From a virus (taxonomy: Duplodnaviria > Caudoviricetes), in IMG/VR virus record IMGVR_UViG_3300037247_001071, positions 1 through 52,884 of that record: a stretch of DNA of 52,884 bases; one strand, 5' to 3'. Shown piece after piece: positions 16,710 to 25,757 of this stretch. The translations under genes were made by a program, and so were the position numbers. The notes below the pieces were generated by a model. It did not search any database. It had not been told where the DNA came from and was given only the letters and a program-made list of their open reading frames with translations. The first letter of the stretch is position 1. Every line of letters starts with the position of its first letter.

Positions 16710-16710
16710 C

Positions 16711-19371
16711 ATGCACGGACCGCCGAACCAGCCTGTGATCACCAGCGAGATGCTGGCCGAGAAAGGCAAGAAGCACCAACCGGTGAGCTACAACCTCATC
16801 GTCAAGGGTAGCCCCCAAGCTGTACGCAAGTGCGTGGACAGCATCTACGGGGCGCTCTTCGTCCGCGGTTGCAAGGACGAGTGTGTCATCGTAGACACCG
16901 GCTCCACGAACAGTGCGTTCAAGAAGATCAAGCAACTGGAGAAGCTGTTTCCAAACCTCCGGGTGATTGACCGCCGCGACATCGCCGTGAACTACCTTCC
17001 ACTCGTGGAGAAATACTTGCACCCCGATGTCTTGGAGGCCTACATTGAACATATCGGTGATCCCCGGGGCATCCTCGACTTCTCCGCCGCGCGGCAGATC
17101 GCACAAGACGCCTCGAAGAACGATCTCATCTTCTGGATCGACTCTGACGACGTGTTGATGGAGGAAAAGCAAGGCGAACTTCGGAGGGCCATCAACTTCA
17201 TCTTCACGCACACGCCCATGACGCAAATCTTCATGGACTACGACTACGAATTCGGCCACGACGGAGTCTGCACCACCGTACTGCGCCGCGAGCGCATCTT
17301 CAAAAAGGACATCTTTCACTGGGTGGGCCGTTGCCACGAGACCGCCATCCCGCGCCCCGGCAAGGACTCCGGCTCCATGGCGTTCCTGGAGTGCGTGCAC
17401 TCGAAGATCGTCCACACCGATGCCCGGAAACCGCACAAGGTGTCCGACGTTCGGAACTACATCATTCTCCGCGACGAGTTCGAGGAGACCAAGGCGGCCA
17501 ACTGTCTCGATCCTCGCACCGTGTTCTACCTGGGCAACAGCGCCCGGGGCCTGGAACTGTTCAGCGAGGCTGAGAGCTACTACAAGTTCTTCGACTTCCA
17601 CTCTGGCAGCATCGAGGACCGGTACGCTGCGCACTACTACCGCGCCCAGATGTACATGGACCCCCGCGTGAAGCGGCCCTTTGATGCTCTGGATCACTTC
17701 TTCAAGTGCGTGGAGATCAAGCCCTTCGACCCCCGCGGCTACTTCGGCCTCTCCCGTGCCTACGGTTCGCTGGCGCGCTGGATGGAGGTTGTCCACTGGT
17801 ACAAGATGGGCCTCGGTGTCGAGATCCCGAAGGACCAAATGTTCTCCCACGACCCGACCCACATCCACTATCACCCGCACGTGATCGCCGCCTACGCCTA
17901 CAAGGAGATGTACCGCGGCGAGGAGGCCATGGAGTGCGCCGAACGCGCATACCGGTTCCGGCCCAATTCCGAGGAGGCGCAGGAGATGTGGAAGCGCTTC
18001 CGGATGAATCTGTACGGGGTGGAGATCCACAAGGCGGTCAACAACATCACCAACAACATCCGCTACCCGGGGGGCCTGGACTCCAAGCGGGTCGCTGTCC
18101 AGATCTGCGAGGAACTGACTGCGATCCCCGAATCATTGGAGCGGAACGGAGTTAGCAAGCTGGAACCACCCGAGGGGAGGGAAGAGGCTCCATCTGTCGC
18201 CATCATGTGTGGCCCGAGCGGGGAGCCTTGGGGCCCTTTCTGCCGCCAGGATGGCACCGGCGGCTCCGAGAAGATGGTCATCATCCTGGCGGACGCCCTC
18301 CAGCGCAAGGGCGTGAACGTCACGGTCTACGGCGAGGTTCCCGTGCCGGTTCGCGGCGTGTCCGCGGAGACCGGCGTGGACTGGCGGCACTGGGCGGAGT
18401 TCGACCCGAAGCGCCAGCGGGACGTGGTCGTCTTCTGGCGGGACCCCGACGGCGCCATGAAGGTGCGCTGCCCGGCGCGGTTGAGAATGTTGTGGAACCA
18501 CGACGTACAGGACGCGTCGCGGTACACGAAGGATGTGCTGGAGATGCTTGACTACATACAGTTCCAATCGGAGTTCCACCTGGACTCCGTCAAGGACGTT
18601 GTGCCCGCGGAGAAGGTGTGGGTGGCCCGCAACGCCATCGAGGTGAAAGATGCGTCTGAAGCGCCAACCCGCAACGCGAAACGGGTGCTCTTCTGCTCCT
18701 CCCCGGACCGCGGTCTGACGACGGCCGTCGAGGTGGTGCGGCGCGCCCGCCTCGTGGATCCCGAGATTACCCTGGTGGTGACCTACGGCGTGACGCCGTG
18801 GGCCCGCAAGATGTTCGCTCAGCAGACCCATAGGTTCGTGCCGGACTTGGGGCGCGACGTCAGTATGGACGAGTACGAGCGCTTTTTCCGCAACCGCATC
18901 GACGGGGTGGACGGCGTAGTGCTCAACCGGATCGGCTTCGAGCAGATGCGCGGCCTGATGCAGTCTTCTGGCGTGTGGATCTACCCGACCCGCTTCCCGG
19001 AGATCTCCTGCATGAGCGCAATGGAGGCACAGGCCAATGGGATGGTCGTATTGTCCACCCGCTACGGCGCCCTCAAGGAGACCATCTCGGTCGGCGCCTT
19101 CCCGGCTCTCCCGGACCTCCCGGAGGCCGGCGGCATCTCGAACGAGTGGTTCGATGAAGCCGCAGAGATGCTGGCCAAGGCGGTCAACGTACCCGCCGAG
19201 AGCCCAATTCGCGACGCGCACGCGCGCATCGCACAGGAGCGCTTCGACGTTGAGGCTCTCGCAGACGACTGGATTACAAAGCTCGGTCTGGGGGCGGCTA
19301 CGGCGGTTCCACCCCTGGCGCAAGAGGCGCTCGTGCCGCCTGCCGAGCCCATTTCAAAGGAAATCCCGTGA
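16711..19371 (+). CDS. Multidomain glycosyltransferase: GT2 (GT-A) + TPR + GT4-like (GT-B)
   Basis: GT2: IVDTGST, DFSAAR, WIDSDD, RERIF, GRCHE. TPR-like helices: FYLGN, GYFGLS. GT-B: GTGGSE, WNHD, SSPDRGL, EISCMSAMEAQANG. Start at ATG 16711. Confidence 0.88.
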   Translation: MHGPPNQPVITSEMLAEKGKKHQPVSYNLIVKGSPQAVRKCVDSIYGALFVRGCKDECVIVDTGSTNSAFKKIKQLEKLFPNLRVIDRRDIAVNYLPLVEKYLHPDVLEAYIEHIGDPRGILDFSAARQIAQDASKNDLIFWIDSDDVLMEEKQGELRRAINFIFTHTPMTQIFMDYDYEFGHDGVCTTVLRRERIFKKDIFHWVGRCHETAIPRPGKDSGSMAFLECVHSKIVHTDARKPHKVSDVRNYIILRDEFEETKAANCLDPRTVFYLGNSARGLELFSEAESYYKFFDFHSGSIEDRYAAHYYRAQMYMDPRVKRPFDALDHFFKCVEIKPFDPRGYFGLSRAYGSLARWMEVVHWYKMGLGVEIPKDQMFSHDPTHIHYHPHVIAAYAYKEMYRGEEAMECAERAYRFRPNSEEAQEMWKRFRMNLYGVEIHKAVNNITNNIRYPGGLDSKRVAVQICEELTAIPESLERNGVSKLEPPEGREEAPSVAIMCGPSGEPWGPFCRQDGTGGSEKMVIILADALQRKGVNVTVYGEVPVPVRGVSAETGVDWRHWAEFDPKRQRDVVVFWRDPDGAMKVRCPARLRMLWNHDVQDASRYTKDVLEMLDYIQFQSEFHLDSVKDVVPAEKVWVARNAIEVKDASEAPTRNAKRVLFCSSPDRGLTTAVEVVRRARLVDPEITLVVTYGVTPWARKMFAQQTHRFVPDLGRDVSMDEYERFFRNRIDGVDGVVLNRIGFEQMRGLMQSSGVWIYPTRFPEISCMSAMEAQANGMVVLSTRYGALKETISVGAFPALPDLPEAGGISNEWFDEAAEMLAKAVNVPAESPIRDAHARIAQERFDVEALADDWITKLGLGAATAVPPLAQEALVPPAEPISKEIP

Positions 19372-19467
19372 GTGACGCAGGTCTCTTTACACAACTCGGC
19401 CGCCAACAAGCCTATAGGCGCCGCACTAGAGTGGCTACTGGATAAACTACAGAAAGAAACGCGATGA
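19372..19467 (+). CDS. 31-aa micro-ORF A (ends EWLLDKLQKETR)
   Basis: GTG directly after the glycosyltransferase stop; ATGA-coupled to the next gene; C-terminus shared with 19685..19780. Confidence 0.4.
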   Translation: MTQVSLHNSAANKPIGAALEWLLDKLQKETR

Positions 19468-19773
19468 GTATTCTGGACACGCTGCGGGCACTACGCGTTG
19501 AGATTAGCGCCCTGACCACGGAGGTGGACGCACTGAAGCGGGAAATAGCTGAGGCACCAGCCACCAGCGCCTTATACACGGAGCTTCGCACTCTAGTGAT
19601 CGAGGCGCTGGACGCTTACGACGAGGGAGTCGAGGAGAGTTTTGGGGTAGTCATGGTACTATTACGAGAGGCCCTCTAGCGAGAATGAAAAGACTGTACC
19701 CTGTGCGCGATTGCGAAGACGGCGATTGTATACAAGTACACAGAGAGTGGCTACTCGATAAGCTACAGAAAGA
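19428..19773 (+). repeat. 30-bp direct repeat (19428..19457 and 19744..19773)
   Basis: AGAGTGGCTACTGGATAAACTACAGAAAGA vs AGAGTGGCTACTCGATAAGCTACAGAAAGA, 2 mismatches. Confidence 0.85.
19464..19679 (+). CDS. Small acidic coiled-coil protein
   Basis: 71 aa; lies between the direct repeats. Confidence 0.55.
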   Translation: MSILDTLRALRVEISALTTEVDALKREIAEAPATSALYTELRTLVIEALDAYDEGVEESFGVVMVLLREAL

Positions 19774-19780
19774 CAAGTAG
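19685..19780 (+). CDS. 31-aa micro-ORF B (ends EWLLDKLQKDK)
   Basis: ATG at 19685; stop abuts the ATG at 19781. Confidence 0.4.
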   Translation: MKRLYPVRDCEDGDCIQVHREWLLDKLQKDK

Positions 19781-20731
19781 ATGGCCTCAACCTTGGTGAA
19801 AGATCTCATCGACCGCGTGCAGCGGATCGCCGATCGTGTGGACCCTTCGTACCGGGTCCGCGTGTTGGACAGTCTCGATGAGGCTCAACAGTGGTACAGC
19901 AGCCAAGTTCCATGGGATGCGTTGAAGCGTATCGAGGATTTTCAGTCTACTGGTGAGTTTTTGACTCTACCCGATCGCGTGAACAAGATCATCCGCATAG
20001 GGGACAGAACCAATGCTCGCCCGCTGAACCCTGGCGAGTTCTTCGAGCACCGCCGCTCGGGTGCTTACTTCCAACGTACCACGGGTGCGCCGCTGGAGTG
20101 GCGTGACATGGGTTTCGTAGCCACGGTGAAAGATCTCTCCGCGGCCGCGGTCATTCACGTATCGTCCACGGCTTCGGAGGCGATCGCCGTACAAGTGCGT
20201 GGGCTGGTCAGTGACTCCACCGCCTCTGGTACCTCCCTGGCGCTGTATGAAGCCAAGGAGACCATGTCGCTAGTTGGCGCCACACTGGCCTCGACCAATA
20301 CCTACACTACGATCATCGCGATCCAGAAGGACAAAGGCACGACCAATGATGTGCTCATCGGCACAGCCGCCGACGGGCAGATCGCGCGCATTCCCTCGTG
20401 GGAAGCACGTCCGATGTATCGCAAGGTACAGTTTTCCCCCGTGCCGAGCGGCCAGGCCCTTGAGGTTGTCTACTTTCGACGTCCCGACCGCATCACGAGC
20501 GAGAACGATGCCTTGGATCCTGCGGTCAACGAAGAGGCACTCATGTGGCGCGCTGCGGGGAACCTTCACTGGATGGATAATGAGGGCCAAGCCGCTGAAC
20601 GAGCGTGGCAAAAGGCCAACGAGGTGATCGCCTTGAAACGAAACGAAGAAGAAACTTTCGGCGAAAAGGACTTTACGGTGAGTCCGTGGCTCGGCTACGT
20701 GAATCTCGAAGACGAGTTCTGGCAGGGGTAG
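19781..20731 (+). CDS. Head-tail adaptor / tail tubular protein A-like
   Basis: N-terminal helix pair, W..L, FSPVP...VVYFRRP; podovirus gene order. Confidence 0.7.
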   Translation: MASTLVKDLIDRVQRIADRVDPSYRVRVLDSLDEAQQWYSSQVPWDALKRIEDFQSTGEFLTLPDRVNKIIRIGDRTNARPLNPGEFFEHRRSGAYFQRTTGAPLEWRDMGFVATVKDLSAAAVIHVSSTASEAIAVQVRGLVSDSTASGTSLALYEAKETMSLVGATLASTNTYTTIIAIQKDKGTTNDVLIGTAADGQIARIPSWEARPMYRKVQFSPVPSGQALEVVYFRRPDRITSENDALDPAVNEEALMWRAAGNLHWMDNEGQAAERAWQKANEVIALKRNEEETFGEKDFTVSPWLGYVNLEDEFWQG

Positions 20732-20732
20732 C

Positions 20733-22421
20733 ATGGCTGAGTTTCCAAAGCAACCGGAGCGCGGCTTCGAGCGGACGGTCTCTCTCCACGAGGGGGCGGT
20801 CCAGAGAAATGTCCCCTGGTTGATCAGCGAGACTCAGGGCGTTCAGATCCAGAACCAGGAGATCAACAGCGTAGGCTCCCGTTCCCGCCGGCGCGCCGTC
20901 CGCAGTTTCGGGGGCGTGCATGCGCAGGTGAAGCCTGGCGGCATGGCCGGTTACTCGGACGAGAACTTCGACGAGTTCCTGGTCGGTATCTGGGGCTCCT
21001 CCATCTACAAGTCCGACCTCGACGGCGGGTGGGCACAGCAGGCGTCTGCGGTCTCACTGATCGATGGGCTTCTCCACCAGATTGTGACCGGCCGGCAGGC
21101 AGGGCAGCTTGCCTACGTGACCGCGATGTGCGAGCGAGTGACCGACACCGCCTTGGGCATTGCCGGCCGCAGTCAGTTGGTAGTGTACAACATCGAGACC
21201 GACGAAGCCACCGCGGCTAGCCTCGCGCCCCGCACCGTGGCCATCTTCCAGAACCGGCTGTTTCATGGTGAGGATGAGACCATCGGCTGGTCCGAGATCG
21301 GCGACCTCGTCAGCTACTCGGACATCAATAGCATCCTGATCGAGCCGGGCGTTGGGGGGGAGATCACCGCGATCCTCCCGGCCCGCGACCTGGACCCGAA
21401 GCTGTGGATCTTCAAGGAGGGCGCGATCTTCCTGTTCACCCCGCGGTGGGGCACGGACAGTGCGATCATCCCAGGCGCCGGTGACGCACTCGACACGATC
21501 AACAGTTCGGTCCGCACCCTGACCCAGGGCGTGGGCTGCGTCGCGACCAAGAGTGCCGCCTGGGTACCCGGCCAAGACAATGCCGACGTCCTCTTTCTGT
21601 CCGCCGACGGGATCCGCTCCCTCAACCGTGCCGACAACGACGTGCAAACCGGGGCGAGTTTCCCACTTTCGTGGCCCATCAAGGCCTGGATCGACCGCAT
21701 CAACTTTACTCAGGCACACCGAGCGGTGGCCGCTGTGTTCGATAACGCCTACCACCTGGCGGTTCCCCTGGACGGGGCCATCGACAACACGCACGTGCTG
21801 CGCTACGACATCGAGAACAGGTCCTGGACGCTCCACAGCTGGGAGGCCCGAGACCTGTCGAGCTTCCAGGTGGCTTCCGTGGATCGCCTGTGGATGCAGA
21901 ACAATTACCCCGCGGGCGACACGTCCGTGACGAACGGTGAGACCGATGTCTCGAACCACTCGCACATGGTCTACTCCCTGTACGTCGGGGATATCGAGCC
22001 CTCGACCAACATTACCGAGCCGGCCCGAGTGCGCATACTGGAGGAGTCCCGGAGCTACACGCTGCAGGAGCCCCTCAAGAGGAAGCGTTGGGACCGGTTC
22101 ACTATGCAGATGTCGTCCTCGGAGACGTCCGCGATAGAGGTGGCATACAAGGCGGACCAGGGATCCTGGGTTCCCATGACCGACATGCGGATCTCCGGCA
22201 CCGTGGACACCGTGTTGTTCGGGGTGGAACCCCTGCCGTGGGTGTCCTCAGAAGACGCGATCCGTCGGCGTACGTTCAGTTTGTCGGACGTCGCGCCGAG
22301 CTACCACCTGCAGATCCGTCTCATGACAGCTACACAGACCACCGAGAGCGGTCGGCTGTTCTTCTACTTCACCGAGGTGAGCGGCCATGTCCTCACCGAC
22401 GACTACGCGAACGACGAGTAA
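20733..22421 (+). CDS. Tail nozzle / stabilisation protein (P22 gp10 / T7 gp12-like beta-propeller)
   Basis: FQNRLF, WIFKE, GVGCVA, FLSADGIRSL, YHLAVP, KRKRW. Confidence 0.78.
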   Translation: MAEFPKQPERGFERTVSLHEGAVQRNVPWLISETQGVQIQNQEINSVGSRSRRRAVRSFGGVHAQVKPGGMAGYSDENFDEFLVGIWGSSIYKSDLDGGWAQQASAVSLIDGLLHQIVTGRQAGQLAYVTAMCERVTDTALGIAGRSQLVVYNIETDEATAASLAPRTVAIFQNRLFHGEDETIGWSEIGDLVSYSDINSILIEPGVGGEITAILPARDLDPKLWIFKEGAIFLFTPRWGTDSAIIPGAGDALDTINSSVRTLTQGVGCVATKSAAWVPGQDNADVLFLSADGIRSLNRADNDVQTGASFPLSWPIKAWIDRINFTQAHRAVAAVFDNAYHLAVPLDGAIDNTHVLRYDIENRSWTLHSWEARDLSSFQVASVDRLWMQNNYPAGDTSVTNGETDVSNHSHMVYSLYVGDIEPSTNITEPARVRILEESRSYTLQEPLKRKRWDRFTMQMSSSETSAIEVAYKADQGSWVPMTDMRISGTVDTVLFGVEPLPWVSSEDAIRRRTFSLSDVAPSYHLQIRLMTATQTTESGRLFFYFTEVSGHVLTDDYANDE

Positions 22422-23287
22422 TGGTACTGAAGATCACCGCCGGCCCACTGCCGGCAGACGGCGAGCGAATGAAGATCGAGGAGGCGATGACCGCCTTCGT
22501 GCAGGGCACCGAGTTCACGGACTTCGGGCCCGACGAGTTCGCGGACGGCCCCGTCGGGTTTGTTGTCTCCGCCACCGAGGCCCCTGTCACCGACATCCGT
22601 GACCGTGGCACCCTGTGGTTCAAGCGCGGCTCCGGCAAGATGTACAAGTGGACGCCCCAGGCAATTCGCTCCGAGTTCTTCAGCCCCTCCCTGGCTGGCG
22701 CCGACGTGTCGGAATTCCAGTGGGTAGCGATGTCCGACCGCAAGGAGGCGCTTGTGAAGTGCCGATGGGGCTGGCTCGACAATATGGTCCTCCGCATGAA
22801 CAGCGCGAACAGCGAATGGAAATTCGAGATCTCCAAGGACCAGTTCGGGGCCGGTACCCCGAGACGCACGCTTGTAATGGCGTCCACCGCGGGCACGGAA
22901 GGCGGAGCGGGGCTGGGCTTCGAGTTCCAGAACGCGCGCTTCATGGGCCACCACATGCACACCGACCCAATTATGATTGCACTGGATAACGCCGCGGATG
23001 GCGACTACAAGGTGGTACTGGAGGTGGGTTTCGGAACCTGTCTGGTACAGGGACCCGGTGCCAACGACAACAATCACCCCCACCCGCTGTACCATTTCAG
23101 CCAGGGGGATCCGCACTACCGCCTCAAAGCCACGGGTGCCACGGCATGGACCAACGTGAGTTCTATCCTGGCGTACTGCGTGGAGAGTGCTGCTTCTAGC
23201 GTGGAGCAAGTACTCCAGATTTTTAAACCGGCAACCAGCACCAACATGGTGAAGGACCCAGACGCGCAGAGGTTCAACAACAACTAG
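22421..23287 (+). CDS. Tail fibre/appendage protein 1
   Basis: TAATG-coupled; GTLWF motif; N-terminus related to the next two ORFs. Confidence 0.55.
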   Translation: MVLKITAGPLPADGERMKIEEAMTAFVQGTEFTDFGPDEFADGPVGFVVSATEAPVTDIRDRGTLWFKRGSGKMYKWTPQAIRSEFFSPSLAGADVSEFQWVAMSDRKEALVKCRWGWLDNMVLRMNSANSEWKFEISKDQFGAGTPRRTLVMASTAGTEGGAGLGFEFQNARFMGHHMHTDPIMIALDNAADGDYKVVLEVGFGTCLVQGPGANDNNHPHPLYHFSQGDPHYRLKATGATAWTNVSSILAYCVESAASSVEQVLQIFKPATSTNMVKDPDAQRFNNN

Positions 23288-24133
23288 ATGGCTACCATAG
23301 TACCAGGATACGACTTCGGCGTCCGCGAAGTCCCCACCGTGGAGACGATGCTCCGGCAGGCCAACGGTCTGAAGATCAGCGGGATCACCGTTGCTGAACT
23401 TGACGCGGGCATCGCCGGCATCAAGAGCGGCGACGATTCCGGCACCACCGACGCGCTGCGTACCAGCGACACGGTCGGCACGCTGTGGGTCTCCATGAAG
23501 GGGGACGTCTGGGTCCAGGAGCAGGCTGGCCCCGTCATCCTCAACCGCATCGAGTACGGATGGGAGACGCTCCGACTACACTTGGAGATCCAGGCAAACC
23601 CCGTGGACCATCGGCGCATCGGGGTCACCGTGCAGCAGGGCGGTGGCTTCGGCGTATGGGAAGATCTGCGCCGTGTGGAGGGCTTGGCTACCCGGCATTC
23701 TGGGATTCCGAGCCTGAACGTCTCGAACGCTGGAAGCTACAACAACGCCCGCGGAGGCGACCACTGGGGCTGTATCCAGGGCGACACTGCGACGAGTCCC
23801 GGGCGGCATCAACGAGTGGCTTTCCGCGGGTTGATCCAATACAGTGACCGGGAAACAGCGGGGAGCACACTAAGTAAAGAGTCCGAGATGTGCCTCAGCC
23901 AGCGCCTCAAGAGTCCGCAGGCAACTACCTCAATCCCACACATGCAGGCATTCAACTTCGGGACCTCAAGCAACCTCGGTGGGTGGAAGTACTTCGGCTG
24001 GGTAGGGAGCCCCTCGCCCTCTAGCTCGAAGCTTTCAAACGGAGCTGGGCAGCTGGGAGCCGACTACAAACAAGATTTCATGATGTGGGCCTTCGGGTAC
24101 ATGTCCTACACCAATCAGCAGGCAGGCCCCTAG
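23288..24133 (+). CDS. Tail fibre/appendage protein 2
   Basis: MATIVPGYDF, GTLWV. Confidence 0.55.
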   Translation: MATIVPGYDFGVREVPTVETMLRQANGLKISGITVAELDAGIAGIKSGDDSGTTDALRTSDTVGTLWVSMKGDVWVQEQAGPVILNRIEYGWETLRLHLEIQANPVDHRRIGVTVQQGGGFGVWEDLRRVEGLATRHSGIPSLNVSNAGSYNNARGGDHWGCIQGDTATSPGRHQRVAFRGLIQYSDRETAGSTLSKESEMCLSQRLKSPQATTSIPHMQAFNFGTSSNLGGWKYFGWVGSPSPSSSKLSNGAGQLGADYKQDFMMWAFGYMSYTNQQAGP

Positions 24134-24981
24134 TGGCACAACTGAACCCTCTGATCTCCTTCGACGAGCCATTCACGCGGCAGGACCTGTTCGATATGTG
24201 GGCCACTGCGGCCTTCTCGGAGATCACCACCGAAGACTTCGCGGATGGCTTCAATCCCATCGTCATCAGCTCCAGCTTCTCCGGCTTCCCCACGAGCCCC
24301 GACCCGGGCCAGCTCGTGTGGCACCAGGAGGAGAACGTAATGTACTGCTACCACGACGTCATCGACGACACCGGTGTCTCGCTCTGGCTGGCCATCGGGC
24401 CGGACAAGTTCGAGACGGCGATGCTGCTCAAGGGCCCCGCGGCTGTGGGGACGGGCGTCGAGCTCACCGGCCCCGGCCGCACGTGCCAGGTCTACGATTC
24501 TACCGGAACGCAAACGGACAAGAGACACATGGCCCCTGTAGTGGTGGGGTTCAACCAGTCACATATCAATAGCCAGCTGCGCCCCGATTACGACGACGAG
24601 TCGGTGCCCGGCGACTGGATCTACTTCAATACGTCCGGCGACGACAGCGGGGCAACTTACTTCATGGGCGAGACCGCAGTGTCGGGCGAGTGGATCCGGG
24701 TGGCCATCGATGGCCTCATGTACATGGCTTCGGCCCCAGGGTCGGCTATCACGTTGGGCCTAAGCACCTGGACGGACGGGCCAGGAACAGTAGGGATGAG
24801 TCTGGAGTTTCCCGGGACGGTGAACGACTCGAACGACAGCGAGGCCCCCTTCAACCTATTCATCGGCGTACAGCCGTTCTGGAACCTGCGTGAAGGTAGT
24901 CTCACGCGCACCGAGCCATGGTGGCTCACAAAGATTGCCTTCTGTCCGCGGTACTCGCGGAAGAACCAGTTCAACACTTAG
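24133..24981 (+). CDS. Tail fibre/appendage protein 3
   Basis: GTG at 24133 overlaps the upstream TAG; PTSPDPGQLVW. Confidence 0.55.
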   Translation: MAQLNPLISFDEPFTRQDLFDMWATAAFSEITTEDFADGFNPIVISSSFSGFPTSPDPGQLVWHQEENVMYCYHDVIDDTGVSLWLAIGPDKFETAMLLKGPAAVGTGVELTGPGRTCQVYDSTGTQTDKRHMAPVVVGFNQSHINSQLRPDYDDESVPGDWIYFNTSGDDSGATYFMGETAVSGEWIRVAIDGLMYMASAPGSAITLGLSTWTDGPGTVGMSLEFPGTVNDSNDSEAPFNLFIGVQPFWNLREGSLTRTEPWWLTKIAFCPRYSRKNQFNT

Positions 24982-24989
24982 GAGAGAAC

Positions 24990-25757
24990 ATGGCAGATAG
25001 TCCAGCCCATGGCGCAACCACAGGCGCCGCGGCCGGAGCGGCCGGAGGGCCCGCCGGCATCATCATCGGCGGGGCCCTTGGTGCCCTCGGCGGCGTCTTC
25101 GCGGCCCGCGCGTCCAAGCGCTTCAGGCGCCGGCAGCGGGGTGCAATTCAATCGGCACGAGAGTTCGCGGACGCGACGGTAGCGCGGATCACAGAAGATC
25201 CGCTCTTCCAGGGGGCCCGCGACTTCTTGTCGTCCACCTTCAACGAGGCCGGGCAGAGCCCTCTGGCCATCGACTTTGCTAAGAGCATCCGTGCGGCGCA
25301 GTCCGTCCGCGGCACCTTCGCCGGCAACATTGGGGCTGCACAAGAGGCGATCGGCACGTCCGGTTTTGCCCAGCGGCTCCGCACGCAGCTTCTTCCGCAG
25401 GCCATGAGTTTTGCTGAGGCCCCGGAACGACTGCGTCAGTCGATCCTCGGTTTCGAGGCTCCACTCCGTGTGGCGAGCGCCACGGGTGCTCAACTTCCTG
25501 GGCTCGGGCCTCAGGGTTCACTCGGCAGTCAGTTCGGTCAGGCCTTCACCGGTGGGATCTCCGGTGCCCTCGGCGGATTCCAGATCGGGTCCGCCTTCGA
25601 CGCGCAGCGCGCCTTCAGCCAGCAGCTCGATGCTCTTCGCCTTTCCAAGGCCGAGCGTGAGGGTACCGGTCAAGCAGCGCAGTTCGCGGGCGAGGGCATC
25701 AACATAGAAAGTAACGCCCTCCAGGAGCGCATCCGGCAACTGAGCGGCGTTGCGTAA
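24990..25757 (+). CDS. DNA ejection/pilot protein 1
   Basis: Gly-zipper N-terminus GAAAGAAGGPAGIIIGGALGALGG; GGAGAG RBS. Confidence 0.65.
   Translation: MADSPAHGATTGAAAGAAGGPAGIIIGGALGALGGVFAARASKRFRRRQRGAIQSAREFADATVARITEDPLFQGARDFLSSTFNEAGQSPLAIDFAKSIRAAQSVRGTFAGNIGAAQEAIGTSGFAQRLRTQLLPQAMSFAEAPERLRQSILGFEAPLRVASATGAQLPGLGPQGSLGSQFGQAFTGGISGALGGFQIGSAFDAQRAFSQQLDALRLSKAEREGTGQAAQFAGEGINIESNALQERIRQLSGVA

Noticed and set aside
16456-16710. Upstream-extended starts in the ORF track (also 7692, 22088, 24085, 24918, 36905, 37745, 43014)
   Set aside because: The extensions overlap real neighbouring genes; downstream starts with an RBS or stop-start coupling fit better.
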